Shown one piece after another: positions 10,901-18,638 of a DNA stretch of 64,000 bases. Source of the DNA: Candidatus Poribacteria bacterium (GTDB taxonomy: Bacteria > Poribacteria > WGA-4E > WGA-3G); NCBI GenBank assembly GCA_965197475.1, contig CBDANF010000003.1, positions 1,984,001 to 2,048,000 of the forward strand, read 5' to 3'. The notes under the pieces were generated by a model. It searched no databases, was not told the DNA's origin, and saw only the letters and a program-made list of their open reading frames with translations. Positions within the stretch are counted from its first letter, which is position 1, and each line of letters opens with the position of its first letter. The translations under genes and the position numbers were made by a program.

Positions 10901-11363
10901 AATGTGTCTTATTAACTTCAATTGTCACCGACTGGTAACCTGTTATCTGTAGGTTTGAATCCATAGGGAGATCAATCCCTTTGGTATCAGTTTTTCGACG
11001 GGATTTCCAATCGTAGAGTTCGGAGAGATCACCGAGATCGGGTGGATATTTCCAACGACGTAGCGTTTCTAAGTACGGCATCAGTACCTGACGGCGCAAG
11101 GATATATCAGAATCTGTATCTTCAGTTATTGATGGATCGTCTGATGTTTTAGTTTCAGATTCACGCTCGGTCCACGTATCTTTTTTCGGCTTATTGCTAA
11201 ACGGATTCTCACCCGGGGGCGGAGAGGTAGGCTCCTGTTGGGCGGGTGGAGTAGCTTCGTCTTTGTTCGCAGGTAAGGCAGGTTTTGCAAAAACAAGAAA
11301 ACAGAGTGCGACGGTAATCAACAAACTATATGCGGACTTTGGGTTCAAAAGAATATGCTCCAT
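4941..11363 (-). CDS. sprA: SprA/Sov-like giant outer-membrane beta-barrel protein (T9SS translocon homolog)
   Basis: 2140 aa with a signal peptide. SprA-like motifs: DYNIDYQTGEIEF, VRLNGKLLTRDTDYMMIYEVGTIRF, ALIDSMEG, EDLNGDGVLD, WTFLSIPL, GEVWVNEIHL...GWA. Amphipathic beta-strands at the C-terminus end in VRGEFQ. Confidence 0.7.
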   Translation of the reverse strand: MEHILLNPKSAYSLLITVALCFLVFAKPALPANKDEATPPAQQEPTSPPPGENPFSNKPKKDTWTERESETKTSDDPSITEDTDSDISLRRQVLMPYLETLRRWKYPPDLGDLSELYDWKSRRKTDTKGIDLPMDSNLQITGYQSVTIEVNKTHYFGEGDLNRYGGYGYGSYGEYGSGLDLGLSSSYGYEDFGYSSGFGGGYDSFESGYGSGYSSYGRSGIPRATSINIRQQQKIGLHGRVGERTHIAVDYNAGDTYGGGYGGSSSYGGYGLGGAKEQKIKIWYEGKPESFIKTISFGDIMLSLPNTRFLNINRNLFGLEGVFEYKNTRVTAFGSRSKGVREVRTFRGQSRRSSYGYGPRGNQIADANYVKNRYYLIHQGEDGLLHDAYLPIKQGSVEIYIDDSVVGNNQGGKRTSQGYFNPQFPGQDYNIDYQTGEIEFLSAIASSYTIVVAYEYLGNGGGSVGKPGNVFADENGDSSIDEKGEEVGYVVLKTKGFRGTVSDNVYFLGNRNINPRDFQLTIIRQGESETFQTDTGLVPYIEIFGLDQNADGIVDPEFIDYDRGLLRFPNLHPFQINDPNHPYYRYQESLNNEAIYLESIRRSDQIYTIVADYSYQSETYNVGLFVIPDSETVRLNGKLLTRDTDYMMIYEVGTIRFFKKLDEFDEIVVEFEKTPFGGGSQQAVAGIWVEYTHKPKPKSVKEQNLEDRFNRLGGMPTTQIGLDNNNLGKDPFSENFPLTGSRANRGLGRTGFGGSDFSGGYSSFGSFGGRSRIGPSYLGGYGTGMNYFNPIFQKGFTISTGYILTTGQKPAEIPDVNSVPNRLQAFNINTSFGRSFNIAWLLNPLPLVNVQNFPLSIDFSGESAYSHNNPNSIGVALIDSMEGVKETTTIPTIKYNWKPSSVPYIPESEQTDSPTHNYTVLPTQENRALFKVALKDREESEAVGNYMRNRDVPASSIQPLSLSTEERLIMEIGYDFTDVVEEWGGFSNGISKSGVDYSERGFIEMWMRVQGDDDVTLYLNVGAVNEDTDADGRLDSEDLPQTLEDTNGDNIVDALDLDLENLPDALRYRGNGELDTGEDVGWRYDGAFQPESLGADNQILDSEDLNGDGVLDSVDAYFQIAVPLNEIPNEWVKSKNSNGWTFLSIPLSEFLPEGSRVPSLVFVQHFRLWLMKNRPGNVKGTFQWASIEIVGNRWEQGLVTQSFTETTTGLSDQKVVEDTIEKFIVGTKDNFSYDDYQSAYLEIEDDELFRKLHPFTATSLGFQTQQQREQTLSLEYYLYPGSHGITSKQLRGFTQSEGQDFSKHDTLRFWLYGDRSYTTFVLQLAPSVRTGYRSSFYSSDSFLNQPQQEEDVNIFENLTDYYEYTVLINFEGWKLIEIDLRDHSLNEYPDRIEDQTEDIDTPNQQSQPSPTQNAPDGHPDGFTVRGTETGVSRTQLSIKNIGGILLGIRNDTEREISGEVWVNEIHLGDPLIRSGWARRGNMSVSLGSIIELRGGYASQDKDFESGAGEIGRQRLSSRGYSTTNNDYNIDADVTLFSWLPIRYSIKEQESETEALRGSYSSFQSGKSETHNRDVSVQFRRNPLPNLGFAYNYQDFWNERQGTQISHLYTGTFRYNIGSKLGFNVQYRHEDILAKPETATDTTGSSASYYSYGYGRNRDEKTDSGSITLNISPINVFSLSPSYDVRRTLERRDQNRYRSSFTVGGVSTPDSSVEEDASEDTLSDFSIAAREHRLSLTPRLNRDLLGLRPTVTSRMSFRENWFTSQKDASLNGNISLGLNLRIQKWFGWLLPKEKPETEEIKESEDATIQKLGKKPLAEQQLEQLRENGIDETQIQKLAEEQTDWINRDKVEMDTAQKNTPATAQEGLFHRIINSFTINTNANFTATESFRQLVSGQSLIEIWRLDPEANERTNSRKSNRYTVRTSVSPWKSLSFGTNLSTADSFRKSYGSTFTSHAETYEADVKINPQQASSFQLRYSFTIRQSANLEVTLSDSAAHTPSLSWIHKWSEETRTSLGIRTTLRDHLRSGIESNALIITPNFSIDYRYRTEGGIRVPFFGRIPLKHDLDLTNTFSLAIRRENYGANKEERSERYETTLRAGYKLSDHLTANLHLGLSYNHDRVEEGRDFLSIASALTVRGEFQ

Positions 11364-11429
11364 TGTGGGGTGTTTTATAAAGTATTGTAACGGAAAAGCA
11401 AAGCGTGGGTTTACGTTAAGATAGAGGCA

Positions 11430-11579
11430 TGTAAATATTTTGTCATCTGAATCGCGGATTAGACGGATTACACAGATTTCGCGGATTTTAAGGTTGGCAT
11501 TGTGTTGGGCGAATTGATAAGATTGTTAGGTTTGCTTACGCTCAATCCAACCTGCAGTCCTATTGATAAAATTTTACAT
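11430..11579. repeat. Intergenic repeat cassette (imperfect terminal IR, ggatt-type short repeats, degenerate REP)
   Basis: Ends atgtaaatatttt.tc / gataaaattttacat. Internal cgcggattagacggattacacagatttcgcggatt and gttaggtttgcttacgctcaatccaacctgc. Confidence 0.45.
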
Positions 11580-11599
11580 ATCCGAAAATAGAAAATTAT

Positions 11600-11628
11600 T
11601 TGACATCCCATAGAAAACCTGTTATAAT
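11600..11628 (+). promoter_or_regulatory. Consensus sigma-70 promoter for argF
   Basis: TTGACA (11600-11605), 17-nt spacer, TATAAT (11623-11628), with an extended -10 TG. Confidence 0.85.
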
Positions 11629-11693
11629 TATTCTTTCTTTTTTGCTGGAAGTCTCAGTTAAAATCGGCGAATATGACCACTGGGGAGGCAATT

Positions 11694-12632
11694 ATGCACC
11701 TAATTACACTGAAAGACTGGTCAGGACCAGAGATACTTGAAACTGTAGAAGACTGCCTTAAGATCAAAAATCATCCTGAAAAATATAGACATGCTGCTGG
11801 GGGACAGAGTCTTGCGTTGCTATTCCAAAAAACCTCTACTCGTACACGATGTGCGGGAGAAATCGGCATCGTGCAGCTCGGTGGACACGCGCACTATTTA
11901 GACTGGCGAACGACTAACTTCGGCTTAGCCGACCTCAGTGACGAAATTCGTGTTCTGTCTGCGTATGTTGATGTGATTTTAGCACGTTTCCTGAAACATG
12001 CTGATATCTGTGATGCATCCGCAGCTGCATCTGTTCCTATAATTAACGGATGTTGCGACAGATACCATCCAACCCAAGCTCTTGGCGACCTCATGACAAT
12101 ACAGGAACACTTCGGTAGGTTAGAAGGTGTTAAGGTATGTTTTATCGGTGTTCACAACAATGTCTGTAATTCGCTGATTGCTGCAGGGATGAAGGTTGGG
12201 TTAGAAGTAACCGTCATTGCACCTGAGGTAAACCCTGCTGCTGTTGATGAGGAACTATGGACTGAAGCGGAACAGAAAGGTTGCTACAAAACGGTTTCAA
12301 CAGATTCGATTGGCAGTGCAGTGGCACTGCAGGAAGTCATAGGGCAAAATGATGTTGTCTATACCGATACGTGGATAGATATGGAATTCTTCACGGATCC
12401 AGATTTTGCGGAAGAGCGGGAACACCGTATGAAAAAGATGATGCCGTATCAGTTGAACCCTGCACTTCTTGAGGGACTTGATTGTCGGATAATGCACTGT
12501 CTGCCTGCCCATCGCGGCTATGAAATTGCGGGTGAACTCCTTGACGATCCGCGCACAATTATTTTTGAACAATCCGAAAATCGTCTCCATAGCATGAAAG
12601 CTATCCTTCTTAGATTGCTTAAGCGTTCGTAA
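11694..12632 (+). CDS. argF: Ornithine carbamoyltransferase
   Basis: Motifs FQKTSTRTR, HPTQAL and HCLP. The SMG loop is replaced by DTWIDME. RBS GGAGG precedes ATG 11694. Confidence 0.85.
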   Translation: MHLITLKDWSGPEILETVEDCLKIKNHPEKYRHAAGGQSLALLFQKTSTRTRCAGEIGIVQLGGHAHYLDWRTTNFGLADLSDEIRVLSAYVDVILARFLKHADICDASAAASVPIINGCCDRYHPTQALGDLMTIQEHFGRLEGVKVCFIGVHNNVCNSLIAAGMKVGLEVTVIAPEVNPAAVDEELWTEAEQKGCYKTVSTDSIGSAVALQEVIGQNDVVYTDTWIDMEFFTDPDFAEEREHRMKKMMPYQLNPALLEGLDCRIMHCLPAHRGYEIAGELLDDPRTIIFEQSENRLHSMKAILLRLLKRS

Positions 12633-12666
12633 ACACTACGAGTTTTCCCTGTTGTCTATATTAAAC

Positions 12667-13818
12667 ATGCAAAACTATCTACAACATCTTGAATGCAGCA
12701 ATTGTAACGAAACATATCCACATGAAAAAGCACAAAACGTCTGTCATTCGTGTGGGAAACCGTTGTTTGCACGCTATGCGCTTGAGCAATTGGCTGATAC
12801 ATGGAAGCCTAACCATCTTCTTTCAAGGCCTCCTTCCCTATGGCGATACAAGGAACTTCTACCTATATGTGATGAAGCGGACATTGTCTCCCTTGGAGAG
12901 ACAATGACCCCGCTTATCCATGCCAAAAAACTTGGTGCCCAACTCGGATTGCCAGAACTCTGGATAAAGGACGAATCTCGTTTGCCTACGGGTAGTTTCA
13001 AGGCACGTGGTTTAGCGATGGCGGTATCAAAAGCGAAAACTCTCGGCATAAAAAAATTAGCTATTCCGTCAGCAGGAAACGCAGCGACGGCTTTGTCTAT
13101 ATACGCTGCGTGTGCTGGAATCCCCTGCCATATCTTTATGCCAAAGGATACGCCCGCATTTAATCGTGAAACATGTCGGCTTGCGGGTGCTAACGTTACA
13201 CTGATTGACGGGTTAATCACAGATGCCGGTAAAATTGTCGCTGATCGGAAAAGGGATGAAGGATGGTTTGATGTTTCAACCCTCAAGGAGCCCTACCGTG
13301 TAGAAGGCAAAAAGACAATGGGCTTTGAGCTCACAGAGCAGTTAGGTTGGAAACTGCCAGATGTAATAATCTATCCCACCGGTGGTGGTACAGGTATAGT
13401 GGGAATGTGGAAAGGTTTTGCTGAATTAGAGGCAATCGGGTGGATAGGAAAGAAAAGACCTCGGTTTATCGCGGTTCAAGCAGCGGGATGTGCACCGATT
13501 GTTAAGGCGTGGGAAGAAGGTAAACCGGCTGCTCAACCTTGGGAAAATGCCCAAACCTTTGCTAGTGGGTTGCGGGTACCGCAAGCCATCGGAGATTTTC
13601 TTATTTTAGAGGCAATTCGTGAGAGTGAGGGTGCTGCGATTGCTGTAACAGATAATGCTATCAGTAAGGCAATGCAGCTATTGCCAACAACTGAAGGCAT
13701 TTTGACGTGTCCTGAAGGTGCCGCGACAGCCGCTGCACTCAAAGAACTGATCGTGAATGGAACGATTACGTCTTCCGATCAGGTTGTGCTGTTTAATACC
13801 GGAGGCTATCAGGCGTAG
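12667..13818 (+). CDS. thrC: Threonine synthase-like PLP enzyme (fold type II)
   Basis: N-terminal CxxC..CxxC-like ribbon, PTGSFKARG (PLP Lys), SAGNAA and PTGGGTG. Confidence 0.7.
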   Translation: MQNYLQHLECSNCNETYPHEKAQNVCHSCGKPLFARYALEQLADTWKPNHLLSRPPSLWRYKELLPICDEADIVSLGETMTPLIHAKKLGAQLGLPELWIKDESRLPTGSFKARGLAMAVSKAKTLGIKKLAIPSAGNAATALSIYAACAGIPCHIFMPKDTPAFNRETCRLAGANVTLIDGLITDAGKIVADRKRDEGWFDVSTLKEPYRVEGKKTMGFELTEQLGWKLPDVIIYPTGGGTGIVGMWKGFAELEAIGWIGKKRPRFIAVQAAGCAPIVKAWEEGKPAAQPWENAQTFASGLRVPQAIGDFLILEAIRESEGAAIAVTDNAISKAMQLLPTTEGILTCPEGAATAAALKELIVNGTITSSDQVVLFNTGGYQA

Positions 13819-13888
13819 AACAAACTTGAATTTCGATTGTTGTTTCCGTGAGCACGCCTTGTGAGCACACCCACGGAAAATTATCATT

Positions 13889-14659
13889 TTATCTATCGTT
13901 TTCTAAGTAATCGTATCTCCGCTTCTGCTTCTCAGCAGGATTCTCACCTTCCACTGGTTCTTTTTGTGGAGGCGGGTTTCTCCGTAAGGCACGGGGACCG
14001 ACTTTATAACTGCGAACATTTAAAATCGGATAGACCCCATCAAACCCAACGATCTCCCCTTGTATTTCAACCTCATCATTGTTATTATTTACAACATCGT
14101 TGCGCATCTGATCAAATTCTGGGGATGCGCTGAAAACAAATTTCTGGTCATCGCTTCCAGTTTTGATTGCATGATGGATCTCAGAGGTATGAGGTCTCCA
14201 ACGTGCCCAGATGGGAATATCGCGAATAGAGCCGCGTGTGAAGCCAGGGTATGCAAACATTGTGCCTTGAACCGTCGCTTCAGTTTTTAGCAGGCGTACC
14301 TGCCCGAGCCCATGCCGTCCACGGTAGCGCGAATCCTTCAACTGTCGCGTAATGTCATAGACATCAAATGTGTGTGTATTGCTGTACTTTGAAATGCCTC
14401 GTCTCGGAATTATTTCCACAACGGTTGTGAAATGTCTTTTTCTGCCATTTTTGTCAACTGGTGTATGGAAGGTTATATCTTTTGCGTCTGCCCACGGTGC
14501 CAACAACCTACGAATTTTGATGGCGTCCGCATTGCTTACATAGTCAGAAATTTCTATCTTCAAGGTTTTCACTTCTGCTACACTTATTGTACTAATGCCG
14601 CCGATCAGAAATAGTAAAAGTGCCACACAGAAGATATAGGTGAAATATGCGCGTTTCAT
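13889..14659 (-). CDS. Secreted basic hypothetical protein
   Basis: The likely start MKRAYFTYIFCVALLLFLIGG...SVA gives a signal peptide. No family recognised. Confidence 0.65.
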   Translation of the reverse strand: MKRAYFTYIFCVALLLFLIGGISTISVAEVKTLKIEISDYVSNADAIKIRRLLAPWADAKDITFHTPVDKNGRKRHFTTVVEIIPRRGISKYSNTHTFDVYDITRQLKDSRYRGRHGLGQVRLLKTEATVQGTMFAYPGFTRGSIRDIPIWARWRPHTSEIHHAIKTGSDDQKFVFSASPEFDQMRNDVVNNNNDEVEIQGEIVGFDGVYPILNVRSYKVGPRALRRNPPPQKEPVEGENPAEKQKRRYDYLENDR

Positions 14660-14965
14660 AATGCGTTCCTCGCTTGAATTCTGAATTCTACATCCGTTGA
14701 CTCTATCAATATCTTTGCCAAAAACGTTGAATAGATAGGATAAGTCTCTTAAAGTTAGGTGGACCAAGCAATTTTTTAAGATGACACGCTCCTATTTATG
14801 ATATTATACCACTGTTTACTGTTTTAATCAAACACTTATTCAGAAAAATCGAGAATTAATTGCAGTTCATACCTTGATTTTTTTCAACGCTCTCTGTATA
14901 ATTGAAATAGGTAAAAAAGAGGTTGTTCCAAATTATTGCTATTTTTTCTTGGAAGCGGTACCAAA

Positions 14966-15541
14966 ATGCCAAAAGATGATGACCAATCCATCTACGTCGT
15001 CGGTCTATGCGGCAGCCTGCGGCAAGGTAGTACCACGCATGCAGCACTAACGATCGCCCTCACAGGTGCAAAAGATGCCGGTGCGGCAGTGGAATTACTG
15101 GATCTGAGTAAATACCAACTCATTTTCCATGGCGCAGTTGCAGACGAATCTGAATATCCACCCGATGTTTTCAGACTCAAGGAAAAAGTTAAGCGTGCAC
15201 ACGGCATACTTCTTGGAACTCCAGAATATCATGGCAGTTTTAGCGGTGTCCTCAAAAATGCCTTAGATCTGATGGGGTTTGAGGAATTTGAAAACAAGGT
15301 CGTAGGACTAATCGGTGTTTCAGGTGGCAGAATGGGTGCTGGAAACGCGTTGTCAATGTTGAGAATAGTAGGCACCACATTACGCGCATGGGTTATTCCG
15401 AACGACGTTTCAATCCCGCGCGCTTCTGAAGCTTTTGATGAAAACGGAAACATACACGACCCAAAATTAACAGCCCGTCTCAAAGCGGTTGGACACCAAG
15501 TCACCCAATTCGCTGCCCTCTGGAATTCAGGGAAGATATAG
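14966..15541 (+). CDS. NAD(P)H-dependent FMN reductase
   Basis: Motifs GSLRQGS, TPEYHGSFSGVLKNALD and SGGRMG. Confidence 0.9.
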   Translation: MPKDDDQSIYVVGLCGSLRQGSTTHAALTIALTGAKDAGAAVELLDLSKYQLIFHGAVADESEYPPDVFRLKEKVKRAHGILLGTPEYHGSFSGVLKNALDLMGFEEFENKVVGLIGVSGGRMGAGNALSMLRIVGTTLRAWVIPNDVSIPRASEAFDENGNIHDPKLTARLKAVGHQVTQFAALWNSGKI

Positions 15542-15550
15542 AAACATAAT

Positions 15551-16213
15551 ATGAGTAATATACACAATTGGAATGAATGGATCGGAACAGATGAAGCGGG
15601 AAAAGGGGACTACTTCGGACCACTCGTCGTCGTCGGTGTTTATGTAAATGATGAATGTCGCAATGATTTTTTAGCAAAAGGGATTACTGATGGAAAAAAA
15701 GTATCAAATTCACGCATCCGAAAACTTGCGGATTGGATGTGGAAACACTACGAACAACATATCGTTGTTAAGCAAAAGATGCCAGAGGATTACAATTTGC
15801 TTTACAATACACTCAGAAATCGAGGGCAAAATCTGAATACGATGCTTGCCCACTTGCATGTTGAAGTCATTCAAACACTTGCAGATCGCACAGGGGCAAA
15901 CCATGCACTTGTTGATCAGTTTGCTATAAACGATATTATCATCCCAAAATTGATGCAAAGCGATATAAACGGAAAACTGGAAACCAAGGCAGAAAGAGAC
16001 ATAGCGGTCGCAGCTGCATCCATAATTGCACGCGATGCTTTCCTGACTGGTATAGAGACTTTATCCCGAAAATACGAGTTGCGATTGCCGAGGGGGGCTT
16101 ATCGGGTTGCAGAAGCAGGAAAAGAATTTATCAAATTGCACGGTGCTAACGCATTAGGGAATGTAGCAAAACTACATTTCCGCACAACAGAGACTGTCCT
16201 CGCCCCAAATTAA
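15551..16213 (+). CDS. rnhC: Ribonuclease HIII (catalytic domain only)
   Basis: IGTDEAGKGDYFGPLVV, DGKK, VDQF, KAE...VAAASIIAR, AKLHFRT. Confidence 0.8.
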   Translation: MSNIHNWNEWIGTDEAGKGDYFGPLVVVGVYVNDECRNDFLAKGITDGKKVSNSRIRKLADWMWKHYEQHIVVKQKMPEDYNLLYNTLRNRGQNLNTMLAHLHVEVIQTLADRTGANHALVDQFAINDIIIPKLMQSDINGKLETKAERDIAVAAASIIARDAFLTGIETLSRKYELRLPRGAYRVAEAGKEFIKLHGANALGNVAKLHFRTTETVLAPN

Positions 16214-16285
16214 TCGAACCAATACACGGTTGCCAACGTCTATTCCTACAATCGGTTTTCATCTAAGCGTAAAGGACTCATAGCA

Positions 16286-17479
16286 ATGTATCAGACCGAA
16301 AAGTTACTTATCATTCATTATGCCGAAGTTGCACTCAAAGGGAAAAATAGAGTATTTTTTGAAAAGAAACTTACACGAAACATTAAACTTTCCTTGCGTG
16401 GCACAGGTTATGCAGAAGTAAAAAGACTTCATGATAGAATTGTTGTACATCTGAAGCAAGATACAAATATTGCCGAAATTGAGAAACGTCTGCATCAAGT
16501 AATGGGTATCGCACATTTTGAGGTCGTTTACCGCACTAAAAAAGACATTGATGCTATAAAGGCGACTGCACTGAAACTGATTGAAGGAAAACCTTTTGAG
16601 ACACTTAAAGTTGAAACAAAACGATCAGACAAAACCTTTCCGTTAACTTCGCCTGAGATTAGCGGCGAGGTAGGGGGATATTTGATCCAAAAGACCGGCG
16701 CGCGCGCAGAAATGCGCAACCCTGATCTGCGGTTATGGATACAGATATCGCACAACGACACATACATCTATACAAATAAACTTCAAGGAATAGGTGGACT
16801 ACCGGTTGGTGTTAGCGGTAAAGTGCTTGTCATGCTCTCTGGCGGGATTGATTCCCCTGTTGCCGCGTGGCAAATGATCAAGCGCGGTGCGAAAGCCGTT
16901 TTTATTCACTTCTACAGTTATCCTTATACCGACAAAGCGTCTTTAGAAAAGGTGATGGAATTAACCAGCATTTTGGCAGAATCAAACTATCGCAGCATGG
17001 TTTATCTGGTGCCATTTGCTGAACTCCAACAAACTATCGTTACAGAAACTCCCGCACCGTTTCGGGTTTTGCTGTATCGGCGGATGATGACACGTATCGC
17101 GCAACGTGTTGCGACCCTTGTTGATGCAGAGGCAATCGTGACAGGTGAAAGTCTTGCGCAGGTTGCATCACAAACGCTTACGAACCTTCGAGCAATTGAA
17201 GCGATTGCTGAAATGCCGATTCTCCGCCCCCTTATCGGTTATGATAAGGTTGAAATTATCGCAAAAGCTGAACAGATAGGCACTTTTGAAGTGTCTACAC
17301 TTCCACATCAGGACTGTTGCTCTCTCTTTGTACCGAAGCACCCTGCAACGCGCGCATCACTTGAAGATTTAGACAGAGCAGAAAAAGGTTTAGATATTTC
17401 AGCACTTGTTGAAGCAGCGATGAATGGGATTGAAAAACAGGTTATCACTTTTTCTTATGAAAATAGTGTCTTATTGTGA
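16286..17479 (+). CDS. thiI: tRNA 4-thiouridine synthase ThiI (no rhodanese domain)
   Basis: EVALKGKNR, THUMP domain, PP-loop LSGGIDSPVA, GESLAQVASQT and DCC. Confidence 0.93.
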   Translation: MYQTEKLLIIHYAEVALKGKNRVFFEKKLTRNIKLSLRGTGYAEVKRLHDRIVVHLKQDTNIAEIEKRLHQVMGIAHFEVVYRTKKDIDAIKATALKLIEGKPFETLKVETKRSDKTFPLTSPEISGEVGGYLIQKTGARAEMRNPDLRLWIQISHNDTYIYTNKLQGIGGLPVGVSGKVLVMLSGGIDSPVAAWQMIKRGAKAVFIHFYSYPYTDKASLEKVMELTSILAESNYRSMVYLVPFAELQQTIVTETPAPFRVLLYRRMMTRIAQRVATLVDAEAIVTGESLAQVASQTLTNLRAIEAIAEMPILRPLIGYDKVEIIAKAEQIGTFEVSTLPHQDCCSLFVPKHPATRASLEDLDRAEKGLDISALVEAAMNGIEKQVITFSYENSVLL

Positions 17480-17568
17480 AATCCGAAAATATGTGAATAC
17501 CTTCTTGGTAGGCACGCTTTGTAAGCGCGCTATCAGTGGTCTCTTGATAATTATAAGTTTTACTATAA
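17471..17568. mobile_element. MITE-like cassette (ttatagtaaa-type ends) with REP gtaggcacgctttgtaagcgcgct
   Basis: Degenerate left end ttattgtgaaat overlaps the thiI stop; right end is ttttactataa. Same family as 20181-20275 and 52004-52088. Confidence 0.65.
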
Positions 17569-17573
17569 AAGAA

Positions 17574-18569
17574 ATGGAAAAGATTTTACTCATTCGCCTC
17601 AGTTCACTCGGAGATATTGTATTGACAACCCCTGCAATCCGAGCTGTCCGCGCCCATTTTCCCGATGCTTATATAGCGATGTTAGTCGCGAAACAATCGG
17701 CGGATGTACTGCGGCAAAACCCACACCTTAATGAGATTATTCAATTCAATCGGTCAGCTAAAGACAAAGATACAGGAGAAATGCTGCGGATTATCCGTAT
17801 CTTACGCCAACGGAAATTCGCACTAACGTTTGACTTTCAACGTAAGTTTCGCACTGAGCTCCTAATGTACCTCAGCGGCGCATCCGAACGTGTTGGTAAA
17901 GGTAGGCTTTGTACTATCCGTGTTCCTGAACAGAGCAACAAACATGCAACTGAACGCTATTTCGAGCTTTTACATGCTGCCGGAATTTCTGCTGAAAACC
18001 GTCAATTGGAGATATTTCTTTCTAAAACTGAACGGGCAGATGCCTGTTACGCTTTTGAAGAAGCGGGTATAAGTGAAATACAGTTAAAAATAGGTCTATT
18101 TCCAGGCGCAGGCTGGAAATTGCGGGAATGGATGCCGGAACGTTTCGCTGCTATCGGAGATAAGCTTGTTCAACACTTCAACGCGCAGGTCATCATTTTT
18201 GGAGGACCAAAAGAGGTTGAGCTTGTACATACAGTTAGCAGCCTGATGAATGAACCTGCAATTCCGTTTGCTGGCACATTTCAGGTGCGCCAATTAGCAG
18301 CATGCATTGAAAAGTGTGCCCTTTTTCTAACAAATGACACCGGGCCGATGCACATTGCATCTGCAGTGGGCACACCCACCGTGGCACTGTTCGGTCCCGG
18401 CAACCACATCCGATTTCAACCTCTCGGTGATTTACATACAATCATACGCCACGATGTCCCGTGCAGTCCGTGTAAACAGTTTACGGATAAGTGTAAAGAT
18501 AATATCTGTATGAAACAGATCACAGTTGATGAAGTATGGGATTCTATCTGTAAAAAGATTAACAAGTAA
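17574..18569 (+). CDS. waaF: LPS heptosyltransferase, GT9 (WaaF/WaaC-like)
   Basis: KILLIRLSSLGDIVL and NDTGPMHIASAVGTPTVALFGP, with a C-terminal CSPC...C....CM. Confidence 0.75.
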   Translation: MEKILLIRLSSLGDIVLTTPAIRAVRAHFPDAYIAMLVAKQSADVLRQNPHLNEIIQFNRSAKDKDTGEMLRIIRILRQRKFALTFDFQRKFRTELLMYLSGASERVGKGRLCTIRVPEQSNKHATERYFELLHAAGISAENRQLEIFLSKTERADACYAFEEAGISEIQLKIGLFPGAGWKLREWMPERFAAIGDKLVQHFNAQVIIFGGPKEVELVHTVSSLMNEPAIPFAGTFQVRQLAACIEKCALFLTNDTGPMHIASAVGTPTVALFGPGNHIRFQPLGDLHTIIRHDVPCSPCKQFTDKCKDNICMKQITVDEVWDSICKKINK

Positions 18570-18638
18570 TTTGATACTGTTTTACGTCAGTTGGATATAA
18601 GAATAGGGATATTTATAGTAAAATTTGTAATTATCACA

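Noticed and set aside
5251-11424. Numerous short ORFs overlapping the sprA-like gene, and similar antisense ORFs across the dcw genes
   Set aside because: They are shadow ORFs of long coding regions with no RBS or recognisable motifs.
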